Assembly: GCA_048938105.1 (NCBI GenBank) | Contig: JBHLMN010000001.1 | Location: forward strand, 352,001 to 416,000 | DNA: 64,000 nt | Source: Promethearchaeota archaeon | GTDB lineage: Archaea; Asgardarchaeota; Heimdallarchaeia; Hodarchaeales; Hodarchaeaceae | Direction: 5' to 3' | Part shown: piece by piece, positions 62,654 through 64,000 of the stretch | Layout: each line of letters begins with the position of its first letter | How positions within the stretch are numbered: the first letter of the stretch is position 1 | Program-made: the position numbers and the translations under genes | The notes under the pieces: generated by a model | Databases searched by the model: none | Told to the model about the DNA's origin: nothing | Seen by the model: only the letters and a program-made list of their open reading frames with translations

Positions 62654-62831
62654 GTTTAGAAAAACGGGAATACTTATACTAAGGTGTTAAGTAACATCAA
62701 TAAAATTAAGCTTTAAAAAAAATTACTTTTTTAAAGACAAAAAACGCATAACAATTGAATAGTAAAGAAGAAATCGTGACAAATATGTCTCGCTAAAAGA
62801 TTTTTCTGTCAGCTATAGGATGAATTAAGAA

Positions 62832-63740
62832 ATGAGTATTGATCCAACTTATATTAAATCAGCTGTTGAAACCTTGGAGCTAATCCAACGCATAAATAAT
62901 TATTTAAAAGAAAACCAGAAAGCGAATGAGCTTCCCAATTTCTTATCACAAATTGAATCTAAAGGTGAGGCAAGAGTGAGATCATCATTAGGTCAAACTT
63001 TGGGAATAGACATTCCTCTTGCCGATCAAGAAGGGAAGCCAACAAAATATTGGGAAGGAGTCCGTGATATGGCTCGCTTGGCAAAAAAACAATTTCTAAC
63101 ACTTAATGATGATCATAAATTCACTCAATTTTTAAGAAATACTAGTGCCAGCCTTTCATCAAGAATGGCTCCTGAAGAGAAGCCTATTTCTCCATTAGAA
63201 GAATTACTCCAAGAGGCTGGACCAAAACCAGAAGAAACTCAACCTATTTCTCCATTAGAAGAAATACTTACTGAACCTGTTTCCATACCCGAACCTAAGC
63301 CTATATCTGAACCGACCCCAGCCCCAGAACCCACAATTAGACCCGAACCCACTCCTATGCCTGAACCGACCCCCGCCCCAGAACCCACAATTACACCTGA
63401 ACCTGTTTTCACACCTGAACCTAAACCTATACCTGAACCGACCCCCGCCCCAGAACCCGCAATTACACCTGAACCCCCTAAACAAACATATACACCAGAA
63501 GTTACTCCTAGGGCAAGTGAACCTAGTGTACCTCCTCCACCAGATAAATTTCAAGCTCTTGATGAAGCATTAAAATCAAGTGGTCTTGATCGACCAAGTG
63601 ATGATGTAGCTGAACCCTCTCCATCATTAACAAGCATGCTATTACAAAAGGATGAAACAGGAGATAGGGAAGAAGACGATATGTTGTCTTTATCTTTAAG
63701 AGAAGCTTTAAAAATTCTAAGAGACGAAGACGAGGATTGA
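62832..63740 (+). CDS. hypothetical protein with Pro/Glu/Thr repeat linker and acidic C-terminus
   Basis: Globular N-terminus, PEPT repeats, terminal helix LREALKILRDEDED. Confidence 0.75.
   Translation: MSIDPTYIKSAVETLELIQRINNYLKENQKANELPNFLSQIESKGEARVRSSLGQTLGIDIPLADQEGKPTKYWEGVRDMARLAKKQFLTLNDDHKFTQFLRNTSASLSSRMAPEEKPISPLEELLQEAGPKPEETQPISPLEEILTEPVSIPEPKPISEPTPAPEPTIRPEPTPMPEPTPAPEPTITPEPVFTPEPKPIPEPTPAPEPAITPEPPKQTYTPEVTPRASEPSVPPPPDKFQALDEALKSSGLDRPSDDVAEPSPSLTSMLLQKDETGDREEDDMLSLSLREALKILRDEDED
63183..63480 (+). repeat. intragenic repeats encoding PISPLEE x2 and EPTPAPEP(T/A)I x3
   Basis: CCTATTTCTCCATTAGAAGAA at 63183 and 63243; GAACCGACCCCnGCCCCAGAACCCnCAATTA occurs three times. 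Confidence 0.85.
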
Positions 63741-63752
63741 GGGGATTTGTAG

Positions 63753-64000
63753 ATGAGTGAGAAGAACATCGTTCTCAATTGTATCTGGAGAACTGATGAT
63801 TTTGTTGTCTCTGATACTAAAATTCGACCCTCAGACGATGAAGCTGCATTAATCATTGATGAAAAAATCGAGAAAATTACGGCTCAAATCCCTCGGCATT
63901 TTTCATTAGTTACAAAAAAAATAATAGAACGTCGTGTTCATTCTATTGCCAAGAGTGGTTTTACGATCCCGAAGAGACAAATAAGAATTGGAATGGGATT
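63753..64000 (+). CDS. partial ORF, possible Asgard gelsolin-like domain (runs off the window)
   Basis: Absent from the ORF track; MSEKNIV...AALIIDEKIEKIT..IP..FSLVTKKIIERRVHSIAKSGF is open to the window end. Confidence 0.45.
   Translation, partial: MSEKNIVLNCIWRTDDFVVSDTKIRPSDDEAALIIDEKIEKITAQIPRHFSLVTKKIIERRVHSIAKSGFTIPKRQIRIGMG

Noticed and set aside
63183-63480. Repeats as a possible CRISPR array
   Set aside because: In-frame coding repeats with no unique spacers of regular length; no cas genes in the window

Overview
AT-rich (roughly one third G+C by eye) archaeal chromosome segment, most likely from an Asgard archaeon (Heimdallarchaeia-like, inferred). Markers are TFB, archaeosine TGT, ASH-Ski2 helicase, ether-lipid enzymes (GGPP synthase, EgsA, GGR), a roadblock-like protein and a gelsolin-like protein. 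Most of the window is housekeeping. An accessory/defence block at about 5.5-15.5 kb holds a TnpA-less TnpB element, a type II R-M locus with two paralogous endonuclease genes, an N-terminally truncated viperin, and a translationally coupled Mrr-nuclease/STAND-NTPase plus HEPN-RNase pair. A 2570-aa class II ribonucleotide reductase carries four inteins; intein 2 is followed by Arg instead of the Cys/Ser/Thr nucleophile that canonical splicing requires. Also notable: egsA apparently starts at AUA, a probable RHH-fused degenerate sugar nucleotidyltransferase, an orphan IS200/IS605 right end/omega-RNA, bacillithiol genes (bshB1, bshC) and a 1029-aa giant type IV pilin-like protein. No tRNA, rRNA or CRISPR array was recognised. 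All family calls come from motif recognition by eye, not from database searches.
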